A DNA stretch of 64,000 nt, from contig DASZXY010000006.1 of NCBI GenBank assembly GCA_035545635.1, positions 153,882 to 217,881 of the forward strand, given 5' to 3'. Source of the stretch: Mycobacteriales bacterium. GTDB taxonomy: Bacteria > Actinomycetota > Actinomycetes > JAFAQI01. Below are positions 35,606 through 44,881 of this stretch, in pieces; the stretch's first letter is position 1, and each line of letters begins with the position of its first letter. The notes below the pieces were generated by a model, which was not told the DNA's origin, made no database searches, and was given only the letters and a program-made list of their open reading frames with translations. A program made the position numbers and the translations under genes.

Positions 35606-36289
35606 GTGCTGCTGATTCTGGCGATCGTCGCGGCTGCGGGAGCCACCGCGGTTGCGGTGCGGTGGTGGGTCCGCCCGACCGACGCGATCGGGCGGCGCAA
35701 GAGGTTCCCGACGGTCAGCGTCGTCCTGCTATCAGTCATCGCGGTCGGGCTGGCCGCGCCGACCTGGTTGCGGCATCGCGAGGAAAGCCATCTGGGGAAA
35801 GCCGCTTCCGTCCTGGTCGGGCACCCCGCCACCGTCCACTGCCAGACCTTCGGGCAGACGTTCACCGACCTGTCCGGCGACCTCGGGTATGTGAAGTTCG
35901 GGCCCGACGGCCCCGAGCGTCACACGACGATCATGCGCGGGCCGTGTCGTGACCTTAAGCACTACTACGAAGGTGACCAGGCGCACCCGAGCGCGGCGGA
36001 GATCATCGCGGTTCACGTGCTGACACACGAGTCGATGCACATGCGCGGCGAGACGAACGAGGCAGTGACGGAGTGTGAGGCGATGCAGCGCGATGCGGAA
36101 ACCGCTCAGCTCCTCGGCGCGACACCGCAGGAGGGGCTGGCGCTGGCTCGCGCCTACTGGCTCATCGACTACCCGAACATGCCTGACACGTATCGAACTG
36201 GCGACTGCAAGCTGGGCGGCCCGCTCGACGAGCAGCTGCCGGACCCGCCGTGGACGTCCGGCGACTACGTCGCGCTGAAGCTCCCTTAA
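35606..36289 (+). CDS. N-terminally membrane-anchored protein with HExxH motif (putative zinc metallopeptidase-like)
   Basis: Start GTG 35606 gives VLLILAIVAAAGATAVAV anchor. VLTHESMHMRGE HExxH motif. The family is not recognised. Confidence 0.55.
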   Translation: MLLILAIVAAAGATAVAVRWWVRPTDAIGRRKRFPTVSVVLLSVIAVGLAAPTWLRHREESHLGKAASVLVGHPATVHCQTFGQTFTDLSGDLGYVKFGPDGPERHTTIMRGPCRDLKHYYEGDQAHPSAAEIIAVHVLTHESMHMRGETNEAVTECEAMQRDAETAQLLGATPQEGLALARAYWLIDYPNMPDTYRTGDCKLGGPLDEQLPDPPWTSGDYVALKLP

Positions 36290-37557
36290 CGAATGAAGAT
36301 CGGAGTGGTCAGCGACTCCATCAGCAGGTCGTCACGACACAGCGTGGTCTGCGACCCGATCACCTTGTCGCAGGTGTCGGTGCGCAGCTGACGGCCGTCG
36401 GGTTCGAGCAGCTCAGCGCGTACATAGACCGACGCCTTGGGAACTCCTGCGGTGCCGGGCCGGAAGGTGAGCGTTCCGGACGGCGGGAGGTCGACGAGCA
36501 CCGTCCCCTTGTCGGTCGTGATGCGCACCACCGAGCCGGGCAACGCGTTGATGGTGCGGACCCGGTACGCCGCCCCCGCCGTCGTCTCCGATCCGGCGAT
36601 CGCCTCGTAGTGGCCGTCGTGGTGGGCGTCGGCCTCGAGATACATCTGCGCGCCGAGCTGGCTCGGCGGCAGATCCGAGACGAACGTGTGGTGGGCGCGT
36701 AGCCCGTCGAGCACCCCCTGGATCGTCCGGTGCGTGACGTAGACCCACGTCGTCGGATCGCCGATGCCCTGAACGCTGTCAGTGAGTCGCCAGTGGGAGT
36801 CGCTGCCACCGGTTGCCGCGATCTCGTCGCCGCGCTGAAGGAATCCGTCGTACCAACGAAGTGAGAAGTTGTTGTCGTTGGCACTGGGCAGCGGATGCTG
36901 GAATGCCCACGGCCCGATGTTCCAGACCTCGATCGTGTCAGGCACAACTTCGCGCCGGTAGGCGTGCAGCCAGTTCAGGTCGCTCGGATGATTGATCTGG
37001 AACACCCCGCCGTTGCGTCGCAGGCCGTTCGCCAGCTCCCGCATCCCGTGCACCGACTTGTCCTTCGGCGCGGCGTCGCACTCGACGAGCTGGTGGCGGA
37101 TCGGCCCGTGATTGCCGTAGCAGGAGCGGGCGCCGAGCATCTGGACATGGCCGGCCTGCGAGTTCTCGTATCCCGGGATCGATACGAAGTCGGGGTGGGC
37201 TTTCTGCCAGGCGAGGACGGCGGGGTCGGTCTGGTTCATGACGTTGTTGTGGTCGGTGATCGCCACGAAACCGAGTCCGCGCTGCCGCGCTTCGTTCAGC
37301 CGGTCCGCGGGCGGAAAACCCCAGGTGTAGGAGTCCGCACACGGGCGCCGAGCCGCGAGGGATGGCTTCGTGTAGTCCCAGGCGGTGGTGGGGGTGATGC
37401 AGGTGTCGTGGCCATAGATCGTGTGCACGTGCAGGTCGCCGGGGATCCAGTACCCGTGTGGTGCCGTGACAGGGGAATGGTGGGCCGCGGCCGCGGGAAC
37501 CGTCAGGGTGAGCGCAGCCGCGACAGCGATACCGAAGATCAAGCGGGCGCCTCGCAC
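36286..37557 (-). CDS. secreted PHP-domain (CehA/McbA-like) metallohydrolase
   Basis: Signal peptide RGARLIFGIAVAAALTLTVPAAAA, GDLHVHT, VAITDHNN, GGSDSH. Start GTG 37557 preferred; ATG 37647 is possible. The first 225 aa of ORF 36286-38232 are rejected. Confidence 0.8.
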   Translation of the reverse strand: MRGARLIFGIAVAAALTLTVPAAAAHHSPVTAPHGYWIPGDLHVHTIYGHDTCITPTTAWDYTKPSLAARRPCADSYTWGFPPADRLNEARQRGLGFVAITDHNNVMNQTDPAVLAWQKAHPDFVSIPGYENSQAGHVQMLGARSCYGNHGPIRHQLVECDAAPKDKSVHGMRELANGLRRNGGVFQINHPSDLNWLHAYRREVVPDTIEVWNIGPWAFQHPLPSANDNNFSLRWYDGFLQRGDEIAATGGSDSHWRLTDSVQGIGDPTTWVYVTHRTIQGVLDGLRAHHTFVSDLPPSQLGAQMYLEADAHHDGHYEAIAGSETTAGAAYRVRTINALPGSVVRITTDKGTVLVDLPPSGTLTFRPGTAGVPKASVYVRAELLEPDGRQLRTDTCDKVIGSQTTLCRDDLLMESLTTPIFIR

Positions 37558-37620
37558 GTGGACAGATTCGCCGCCGACCCGGGTCAACCTTCGAGCGGTT
37601 CGAGCCGTTGAAGGAGGGAC

Positions 37621-38526
37621 ATGTCCGACTCGGCTGGTATCGACCATGCCCGTGCGACACGCTTGCTGCGTATCGCGCTGGGTTTGGCGATCTGTCTCGT
37701 CGCCCTGATGGGCACTGTCGTCGTCGCGGCGACCCCGCGCGGGCCGGGACCGGCGCAAGTGCGAGAGATCGACGCCTCGAATGTCGGCTTGGCGGCGCAC
37801 GCGATCGTGCAGCAGGCCGTGGACTCCGGCGCACTTCTCGCCGAGCCCGACGACATCGATGGACATCCTGCGGCCGCGATCATGACCGCGGTCTACGCGT
37901 TGCTGCAGAAGGCGCGCAACGACGACCCGAGCCTCGCCCTCACCGACACCAGCGAGCTGATGGGCCCCGTTCCCTGGAACCTGAGCCACCCGCTGCGCCC
38001 CCGGGCCAGGCATCGTCGGGTCACGGTGACCCACACGCTTCGCCGGTTCGAGCATGCGGTGCACGTCGGAACGTCGCGCGGATTCGGAATGCATCGCCGT
38101 CACGACCACGTCCTGCCGGCGCCGCGCCAGCGGCCCGACGGCGTTTACGTCGACCCGGCGTTGCCCCCGCTGCCGACAGACGCCTCGGTGGCGATGGTCG
38201 CGATCCGTGCCGCGATGTCGAAGCTCGGCCATCCCTACGTGTGGGCCGCCGCAGGCCCTGACACCTTTGACTGCTCAGGTCTGGTTCGGTGGGCCTACGG
38301 CAAGGCCGGCGTACCGCTGCTGCACTACACCGGCTTCCAGTGGAACGAAGGCAGGCGCGTCCCGGCTCACGACGTGCTTCCGGGCGACCTGATCCTGTTC
38401 TACAAGTCACTGAGCCACGTCGGCATCTACCTCGGTTCCGGGTGGATGCTCAACGCGCCCTACACCGGGCAGTACGTCAGCGTGATGCCGGTGCACGGCA
38501 AGGTCGCCGGCATCGTTCGTCCCTGA
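37621..38526 (+). CDS. NlpC/P60 family peptidoglycan endopeptidase
   Basis: N-terminal TM/signal anchor. C-terminal FDCSGLVRWAYGKAG...GDLILF...SHVGIYLG (Cys-His catalytic pattern). Confidence 0.85.
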   Translation: MSDSAGIDHARATRLLRIALGLAICLVALMGTVVVAATPRGPGPAQVREIDASNVGLAAHAIVQQAVDSGALLAEPDDIDGHPAAAIMTAVYALLQKARNDDPSLALTDTSELMGPVPWNLSHPLRPRARHRRVTVTHTLRRFEHAVHVGTSRGFGMHRRHDHVLPAPRQRPDGVYVDPALPPLPTDASVAMVAIRAAMSKLGHPYVWAAAGPDTFDCSGLVRWAYGKAGVPLLHYTGFQWNEGRRVPAHDVLPGDLILFYKSLSHVGIYLGSGWMLNAPYTGQYVSVMPVHGKVAGIVRP

Positions 38527-38530
38527 CCGG

Positions 38531-39214
38531 CTACGGCGAGGGCGTCGGGCTCGCCGTGTCGGTGAGAATCGGTGACGGCGAGGGCGATGGGCTTGGCGGC
38601 GGCGTGACCTGCGCGCCGTACCAGGCGACCCGGACGGCGTGCCAGCCGAGCGACCGGTAGCCGCTTCGGGTGCGTGCGTGGCTGTCGTAGACGTGCGCTT
38701 TCCAGTGCGAGGTGGCGTGCCGCAGCGGTCCGAATACGTCGCGGTGGTGGGTGCAGTGGAACAGCAGCTGATGACCGTTCAGCCGCCGTACCGACCCGGG
38801 ATCGAGCAGGCAGTGAACCTTGCCCCCGAGGCGCATCCCCCACGGCAGGCTCTGCTGGTGGTTGCCAGGTCGGTCTGACACCGGGCCGGACGCGTGCACC
38901 TGCACGACCTTGTGCCGCCAAGGCTTCGCCTGGCAGACCAGCGTCTCGGCGGTGGCGGTAGGCCAGCACGGATCGAGCACTGAGTGGTGGGTGCGCGGCG
39001 TCGAGCAGCGGTCAGCCACGCCGGTCATGAACGACCCCGTCTGGCAGGTCGCGTGACCCAGGCGACGGATGACCGTGTAGCCCGCCTGCAACTGCCCGGA
39101 GCCCCCGACGGGCGACACCGTCCGCACCGCAGTGGTGGGAGCGGCTGCCCGGGCGGGAGAGGAAATCGCACCAACCACCAGTAGGGCGACGACGGCAACG
39201 GCGCGTCCGGACAC
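38531..39214 (-). CDS. secreted Cys/His-rich hypothetical protein with Pro-Ser tail
   Basis: Start GTG 39214 gives signal peptide VSGRAVAVVALLVVGAISSPARAA. C-terminal PPPSPSPSPSP. Confidence 0.55.
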   Translation of the reverse strand: MSGRAVAVVALLVVGAISSPARAAAPTTAVRTVSPVGGSGQLQAGYTVIRRLGHATCQTGSFMTGVADRCSTPRTHHSVLDPCWPTATAETLVCQAKPWRHKVVQVHASGPVSDRPGNHQQSLPWGMRLGGKVHCLLDPGSVRRLNGHQLLFHCTHHRDVFGPLRHATSHWKAHVYDSHARTRSGYRSLGWHAVRVAWYGAQVTPPPSPSPSPSPILTDTASPTPSP

Positions 39215-39311
39215 GTTCGCAAAGTACCCCCGCGCAGGTAAACCAAGCGGTCCAACAGAGCGTCGTACGGTTGTGATCGACGTCGTTGCCGGTGAACAGA
39301 GGGGGCGGATC

Positions 39312-39812
39312 ATGAGCGCCCTCGGTGCCGATGAGGCGATCGTCGCGCTGTATACCGCGCAGTATCGCTCGCTGGTTCGGCTTGCGGCGTTGCTGCTGCA
39401 CGACACCGCGGCGGCCGAGGACGTCGTGCAGGACGCGTTCGTCGCGACCCACAAGTCGTGGCGGCGGCTGCGCGACCCGGAGAACGCGCTCGCCTACCTC
39501 CGACAGTCGGTCGTGAACCGATCGCGGTCGCGGCTTCGTCACCTGAAGGTCGAAGATCGCAAGGCCCCGCGCCCGATGCCGGACGCACCGAGTGCGGAGT
39601 ACGGCGCGCTGAACGCCGTCGAGCGCTCGGACGTGATGACGGCGCTTCGCGGTCTGCCGCGCCGGCAGCGCGAGGTTCTCGTGCTCCGGTACTACAGCGA
39701 CCTCACCGAGGCGCAGATCGCAGATGCGCTTGAGATCAGCAACGGCGCGGTGAAGAGCCACGCCTCTCGCGGCATCGCCGCGCTACGCGACAGCTTGGAG
39801 TCACAGCGATGA
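39312..39812 (+). CDS. ECF sigma factor (SigE/SigM-like subgroup)
   Basis: Start ATG 39312. AEDVVQDAFVATHKSWRRLRDPENALAYLRQSVVNRSRS and LPRRQREVLVLRYYSDLTEAQIADALEISNGAVKSHASRG. Confidence 0.85.
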   Translation: MSALGADEAIVALYTAQYRSLVRLAALLLHDTAAAEDVVQDAFVATHKSWRRLRDPENALAYLRQSVVNRSRSRLRHLKVEDRKAPRPMPDAPSAEYGALNAVERSDVMTALRGLPRRQREVLVLRYYSDLTEAQIADALEISNGAVKSHASRGIAALRDSLESQR

Positions 39813-41503
39813 GCACCGACGACCGCGAGATGGAGCGGCTGCTGCGCGAGGCGCTAGCCACAGAAGCAGACATGGTGCACCCAGAGGGGGACGGACTGAT
39901 GCGGATCCAGCAGCGCATCGGCGCTCGCAATCGCCAGCGGCGCTGGCTCCGGCCGGTGCTGGTGCTCGGCTCAGTTGTCGTGGTCGCGGTGGTTGCTGTC
40001 GGCGGAGTCACGATCGCGCGACACGGCGACAAGGCGAAGGTCTCGCCGACGAATCCCGGCACCGGGAGCGACGCCTTCCCCGCGCAGGGGATCTTCCCGT
40101 TCACCACGGCCGCAGAAGAGGCGGACTGGGAGCAGCAGTACGCCGACGGTCACTCGCCCTGGCCGTCCGACCCCGAGGCCGTCGCCACCTCCTGGGTGCC
40201 CAACTACCTCAAGGCCAAGGACGTCGACCAGCTCGTCAGCAAGGAGCAGACCGCGACTGTCGCTGACGTGACGCTGGGGCGCGACCAGTCGGAAGGCGGC
40301 CTGCAGCCGGTCGTCGTCGTGCACCTCGTGAAGTTCCACCAGGCGTGGATCGTCACGGGTGCGAGCGATCCCACCGACCAGCTGAGGATCTCCACTCCGG
40401 GCGCCGGCGACACCGTCAGCTCGCCGCTGACGGTGTCGGGGCCTGGCTTCGGTGTCGATGAGGTCGCCAAGGTCGAGCTTCGTGACGCGGAGACGCCGAG
40501 TCTGATCGCCACAGCTCCGACCGATGGCTTCGGCAGCGGAACCTCCGAGTGGTCCACGACGTTGTCGTTCAGCCAGCCGCAGTCCGCGGCGGGGGTCGTC
40601 GTGGCCATGACGATGTCCGCTGCCGATGGCGGCATCGCAAAGCTGGCAGCGGAGAAGGTCGACTTCGGTGCGGCCCCGCCGCCTTCGGCTGGCGCAGCGT
40701 TCTACGGCGTGCAGGGCGGCGTGATCGAGGCCTTCAACGAAAGCGGCAGGCCGGAAGGTCCCGTCGCCCTCGCCGGCGACGAGGGAACTGTGATGGAGGT
40801 GCACAAGGTCGGAGGCCGGCTGTACTTCACGGCGCGGACCGGCGACTGCATCACTTCTCTGTACTCGGTGGCGGCGACTGGCGGAACGCCCGCAGCGGTC
40901 GCCACGGCAGACCGGGACTACGGCATCGTCGGCTTCGATGTCAGCACCGACGGCAAGCAGGTGACGTACTTCGAGTCTTCGGGCTGCAACCAGAGCGAGG
41001 CTGGCATGGGAAGGCTCGTATTCGCGAACCTCGCCGAAGGAACGACCCGCCACATCGACTTCCCGAGTGAGCCGCCGGTCATCGTCGGCGATCCGGTCTG
41101 GGAGCCGGACGGCGTACACGTCGACGCCTTCGTCCGGACCGGGATGCAGGGCTACCTCGCTCGGTACGACGCAACCCACGGTGACAACGAGACCCCCAGC
41201 CACTACGCCTGTGGCGAGTTCGACCCAGCCACCCAGCTGACCGGCGCGCTGACCACGGACGCCGACGGCACGTTGTGGTTCGCCGGGCAGACCGGCTCCT
41301 CGATGCAGGTGCTGAGCTGCAAGGACGGACAGCCGAACGTGGAGCTGACGATTCCCGTCAACGGCTCGCCGACGTCGCTTGCCGTAGACCTGTCCGGAGA
41401 CATCCTGCTGACGGGTTCGGACGGCAAGGTCTGGCTCGGCTCCGCGGGCAAGACGCCGGCTGAGCTCCCTGCTGGCGCACGCGTGAGCTCGGTCACCTGG
41501 TAG
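39809..41503 (+). CDS. single-pass membrane protein with Ig-like and beta-propeller-like extracytoplasmic domains; sigma-coupled (anti-sigma candidate)
   Basis: ATGA overlap with the sigma gene. TM segment WLRPVLVLGSVVVVAVVAVGGV. ISTPGAGDTVSSPLTVSG (Gmad2-like Ig) then repetitive propeller-like C-terminus. Confidence 0.7.
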   Translation: MSTDDREMERLLREALATEADMVHPEGDGLMRIQQRIGARNRQRRWLRPVLVLGSVVVVAVVAVGGVTIARHGDKAKVSPTNPGTGSDAFPAQGIFPFTTAAEEADWEQQYADGHSPWPSDPEAVATSWVPNYLKAKDVDQLVSKEQTATVADVTLGRDQSEGGLQPVVVVHLVKFHQAWIVTGASDPTDQLRISTPGAGDTVSSPLTVSGPGFGVDEVAKVELRDAETPSLIATAPTDGFGSGTSEWSTTLSFSQPQSAAGVVVAMTMSAADGGIAKLAAEKVDFGAAPPPSAGAAFYGVQGGVIEAFNESGRPEGPVALAGDEGTVMEVHKVGGRLYFTARTGDCITSLYSVAATGGTPAAVATADRDYGIVGFDVSTDGKQVTYFESSGCNQSEAGMGRLVFANLAEGTTRHIDFPSEPPVIVGDPVWEPDGVHVDAFVRTGMQGYLARYDATHGDNETPSHYACGEFDPATQLTGALTTDADGTLWFAGQTGSSMQVLSCKDGQPNVELTIPVNGSPTSLAVDLSGDILLTGSDGKVWLGSAGKTPAELPAGARVSSVTW

Positions 41504-41645
41504 TCATTTCGGTCGATTTGACTAGGCGGAAACCGCCCGGGTTCGCCATGGTCGCGGACCCCTGAAATGCCGAATCCTGTGATGGGCCCGAACTTTCACC
41601 GCACAGCGGGGCGGGTCGGGACAAAGCGACATCACAGGAGACCAA

Positions 41646-42389
41646 GTGAGCACTCAACACACCCGTACCTCGATCGCTACCGGCGCCTGCCTCACCTTCG
41701 GTATCGCGGTCGCGGTGGCAGTAGGAGCCGTCCCACAGGTCTCCAGCCCCGATCACACGGCCCCGGCGGCGGTGCACGGCGTCGTACAGCCGTCTCTGGC
41801 TCGCCTTCTGCTCGACGCGAAGTCGGTGGTTCCCCGCCATGCGGCCGCCCACCGACACCACCAGCACGCCCTGCACGCCAACCGCGTGCACGTGACGGCA
41901 CCGGTCGCCGCGGGCTCCGCGACTGCGGCAGCCCCGAAGCCGGCGTCGACCGACCTGGTGTCGACGGTGACCGTCGAGCCGGCGACGAGCACGGGGGCGA
42001 CGGCGGAGTCGGCGAACCTCAAGCACGCGGCGGCGCATCACAAGAAGAAGCACCACAAGAAGAAGCACCACAAGAAGACCCACAAGCCGGCACAGCCGCA
42101 GAAGGCCGTGCGCACGACGCCCTCCGCGTCGGCCGTCTCCGGCGCGATCAGCGGGCTGCGCAACTTCGTGCACACGCCGCTCACCCCGACGAGCGCCCAG
42201 GTCGCGCAGTTCGGCGACGAGGTCTGCGACGCCTTCGACAACGGGTCGACCTTCGCCCAGGTGAAGGCCGTGATCCTGGACAAGGTCAAGCAGCTGCCGT
42301 TCACCACGGTCACGGCGGGTGCAGCGGACTACGTCGTGAAGACCGCGGTCTCCCTCTACTGCCCGGGCTACAAGTCCAAGGTCAGCTGA
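41646..42389 (+). CDS. DUF732-like secreted protein with His/Lys repeat
   Basis: N-terminal hydrophobic signal. HHKKKHHKKKHHKKTHK. C-terminal two-Cys DUF732-like domain (GDEVCDAFDNG...VSLYCPGY). Confidence 0.7.
   Translation: MSTQHTRTSIATGACLTFGIAVAVAVGAVPQVSSPDHTAPAAVHGVVQPSLARLLLDAKSVVPRHAAAHRHHQHALHANRVHVTAPVAAGSATAAAPKPASTDLVSTVTVEPATSTGATAESANLKHAAAHHKKKHHKKKHHKKTHKPAQPQKAVRTTPSASAVSGAISGLRNFVHTPLTPTSAQVAQFGDEVCDAFDNGSTFAQVKAVILDKVKQLPFTTVTAGAADYVVKTAVSLYCPGYKSKVS
42036..42086 (+). repeat. in-frame 15-bp tandem repeat (3 copies plus a partial copy) encoding HHKKK
   Basis: CATCACAAGAAGAAG / CACCACAAGAAGAAG / CACCACAAGAAGACC / CACAAG, read directly. Confidence 0.9.
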
Positions 42390-42395
42390 CCCGCG

Positions 42396-44354
42396 ATGCC
42401 TGCAGACATCCGGTTCACCATTCCGGTCCAGCGCACGGCGCGTACCGCCCTCGTTGTCGACGGGCTGGTCGCGGACGCGGCGAACGGCGCACGTCTGCTT
42501 GATGGTGTGTCGTTCGCGGTGAGCACGGGGTCGATGCTGGCGATCGCGGGTCCGACCGGCGCCGGCAAGACCAGCCTCGCCGCCGCGATCACCGGCGCGA
42601 TCCCGCTCACCTCTGGTGTCGTCATGATCGACGGCATTGACGTGTCGCGTCTCGACTCCTCTCGGCGCGGCATCGGCTACGTGCCGCAGGAGGACGACCT
42701 GCACGGCGAGCTCACCGTGCGGCAGACCCTCGACTACGCCGCTGAGCTTCGGCTGCCGGGTTGCGATGCCGCCGAGCGGCAGGCCTGTGTCGACCGGGTG
42801 CTCGCCGACGTGCGGTTGCAGCCGCAGTCCGGCACCACGGTGGCCTCGCTGTCGGTCGGTCAGCGCAAGCGGGTCGGCATCGCCTCGGAGCTGATCAGCC
42901 GTCCCGACGTACTGGTCCTCGACGAGCCGACTTCGAGCCTTGACCCCGGCTACGAGGCCACCGTGATGGCGACGCTGCGGGGGCTCGCCGAGCGCGGCAA
43001 GTGCATCATCGTCGTCACGCACAGCCAGCAGGTCATCGCCGCATGCGATCAGGTCGCGGTGCTTGCGACCGGCGGTGGGCTCGCGTACTTCGGTGTGACG
43101 TCCGGGATGCACGACTACTTCGGCACGTCGTCGGCGGCTGAGCTCTTCACATTGCTGGACGAGGGCGCCGACTCGCTGTTCATCCCGAAGCCGCCGGAAC
43201 CGGTCCGCTGCATGTCGGGCCGTCCGCGAGCTCGCGGCGCCAAGCGGTCGAGCCTCGCGCAACTCCGCACCCTCACTCGCCGCTACGCGCGGATCACGTT
43301 CGCCGACCGCCGTCGTACCACGCTGTTCGCGGTCCAGGCCCTCGCCCTCGGCGTGCTTCTTCTTGCGTTCGTCACGCCGGATGGCCTGCGACGCCCGCAG
43401 GATGCGCTCGGCCAGACGATCCCGTTGTCGGCCACCGGCATGGCCGTGCTGCTCACGACCTGCGTGACGTGGCTCGGGATGTCGAACTCGATCCGGGAGA
43501 TCGTCAAGGAGCGCCGCATCCTTGCGCGGGAGCGACGTGCCGGGCTCTCGGCTCGCGCTTATGTCGCGTCGAAGCTTGCTGTTCTCGGGCCGCTCGTCGC
43601 GGTGCAGGCGGCGGTGGTTGCGGCGATCTCGGTGCAGCGCCAGATGCTCCCCGGGTCCGGAGCTGTCCTGCCGTTCGGGGTGGTCGAGATCGTCGTCGCG
43701 ATGTCGCTCGGCGGGATCTGCGCCGTGACGCTGGCGATGTTCGTCTCAGCCGTCGTACGGACTGCCGACAAGGCGCTCGCGGTGCTGCCGATGATCGTCG
43801 TCGTCGAGTTCGTGCTGTCAGGCCTCTCGCCGTCAGTGCAGGTGCCGGGGCTGCCCTTGCTGCGTGACCTCGCCGCGTCTCGCTGGTCGGTGCAGGCCAT
43901 CGGGGCCACAGTGACGGGGAGCAGCCACGACTGGTGGCAGGCGGTGGGCGCGATGGCGGCCCTGAGCGTCGTTGCGGTCGTCGGCACGTTCCTTGCAGTC
44001 CATCGTTCGCTGCAGGCCCGCACCGTGCGACGGACCCGCTCTGCCGGATCGGTTCACCTGTCAAGCCGCTTCAACCCGGAGATGGTTCGGCTGGGCCGGG
44101 TGGGCGCGACGGGACTTGCGGCGCTCGCGCTCATCGTCACCGGCGCGCGCGTCATGTCTCCGGCGGGAGCCTCGCCATCGCAGGCGGCCTCGCAGACCTC
44201 GGCCCCGACGAGCGAGCAGGCAGCGCATCCGGTCGAGTTCGTCGCCGAGAACGTGCCGGGCGTCGTGGGCGAGATGTTCTGGCTGCTGCGCGCAGGTACG
44301 ACGGTGGGAATCGACGTCACGACAGCGGCGTACGTCGCCTCCGAGCTGCCGTAG
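42396..44354 (+). CDS. fused ABC transporter ATPase-permease (ABC-G / ABC-2 type)
   Basis: GPTGAGKTS Walker A, LSVGQRKRV signature, LVLDEPTSSLD Walker B, then 6 TM ABC-2-like domain and a C-terminal tail. Confidence 0.85.
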   Translation: MPADIRFTIPVQRTARTALVVDGLVADAANGARLLDGVSFAVSTGSMLAIAGPTGAGKTSLAAAITGAIPLTSGVVMIDGIDVSRLDSSRRGIGYVPQEDDLHGELTVRQTLDYAAELRLPGCDAAERQACVDRVLADVRLQPQSGTTVASLSVGQRKRVGIASELISRPDVLVLDEPTSSLDPGYEATVMATLRGLAERGKCIIVVTHSQQVIAACDQVAVLATGGGLAYFGVTSGMHDYFGTSSAAELFTLLDEGADSLFIPKPPEPVRCMSGRPRARGAKRSSLAQLRTLTRRYARITFADRRRTTLFAVQALALGVLLLAFVTPDGLRRPQDALGQTIPLSATGMAVLLTTCVTWLGMSNSIREIVKERRILARERRAGLSARAYVASKLAVLGPLVAVQAAVVAAISVQRQMLPGSGAVLPFGVVEIVVAMSLGGICAVTLAMFVSAVVRTADKALAVLPMIVVVEFVLSGLSPSVQVPGLPLLRDLAASRWSVQAIGATVTGSSHDWWQAVGAMAALSVVAVVGTFLAVHRSLQARTVRRTRSAGSVHLSSRFNPEMVRLGRVGATGLAALALIVTGARVMSPAGASPSQAASQTSAPTSEQAAHPVEFVAENVPGVVGEMFWLLRAGTTVGIDVTTAAYVASELP

Positions 44355-44380
44355 CTCCTGCGTGTGACACGCTCCCTCGC

Positions 44381-44881
44381 ATGGCGAGGATCGATCTTCC
44401 CGACGGTGACCAGCTCGACATCGTGAAAGCGCTGTCGCTTCGGCCGAAGCTGGCCGGCGCGGTTGCGGCGATGAACGACGCAGTGTTCGCGAGCACGCTC
44501 GACTGGCGGCTGCACGAGCTGGTGCGCATGCGGATCGCACAGATCAACGGCTGCACCGTCTGCTTGGCCTGGCGCACGCCGGAGGCGGTCGAAGCGGGGG
44601 TGACCGACGCGCTCCTGTCCGAGGTCTCTAGCTGGCGGGACGGCGCGGACTTCACCGAGGCGGAGCAGGTGGCCCTCGAGTTCACCGAGCTGTTCTGCAC
44701 CGACTCGGTGTCGATCACCGACGACCTGATGGCTCGCCTCGCGGCCCACTTCGATGCCGGTGAGATCGTCGAGCTCGCACTCGTCATCGGCAAGTACCTG
44801 TCGCAGGGGCGGTTCATGCAGGTCCTCGGGCTCGACCAGGAAAGCTGTGCGGTGCCCGCCGGAACGGGGGTCGCGCGATGA
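44381..44881 (+). CDS. carboxymuconolactone decarboxylase / AhpD-like family protein
   Basis: Start ATG 44381 inside ORF 43934-44881. RMRIAQINGCTVCLAW (CxxC). Confidence 0.8.
   Translation: MARIDLPDGDQLDIVKALSLRPKLAGAVAAMNDAVFASTLDWRLHELVRMRIAQINGCTVCLAWRTPEAVEAGVTDALLSEVSSWRDGADFTEAEQVALEFTELFCTDSVSITDDLMARLAAHFDAGEIVELALVIGKYLSQGRFMQVLGLDQESCAVPAGTGVAR

Noticed and set aside
37558-37620. A c-di-AMP (ydaO-type) riboswitch upstream of the NlpC/P60 gene, as is often seen before actinobacterial cell-wall hydrolases.
   Set aside because: The intergenic space is only about 63 nt, too short for that element, and none of its conserved segments are visible. The 170-nt leader of the GH25 gene (52392-52563) also showed no recognisable match.
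36286-38232. Full-length 648-aa version of the PHP hydrolase ORF. The same applies to the long N-terminal extensions of ORFs 19011, 17040, 24626, 29172, 32376, 43934, 46917 and 52303.
   Set aside because: The N-terminal extensions are Arg-rich nonsense that overlaps neighbouring genes. Internal starts give proper signal peptides, family N-termini, RBS-like sequences or 4-nt coupling overlaps.
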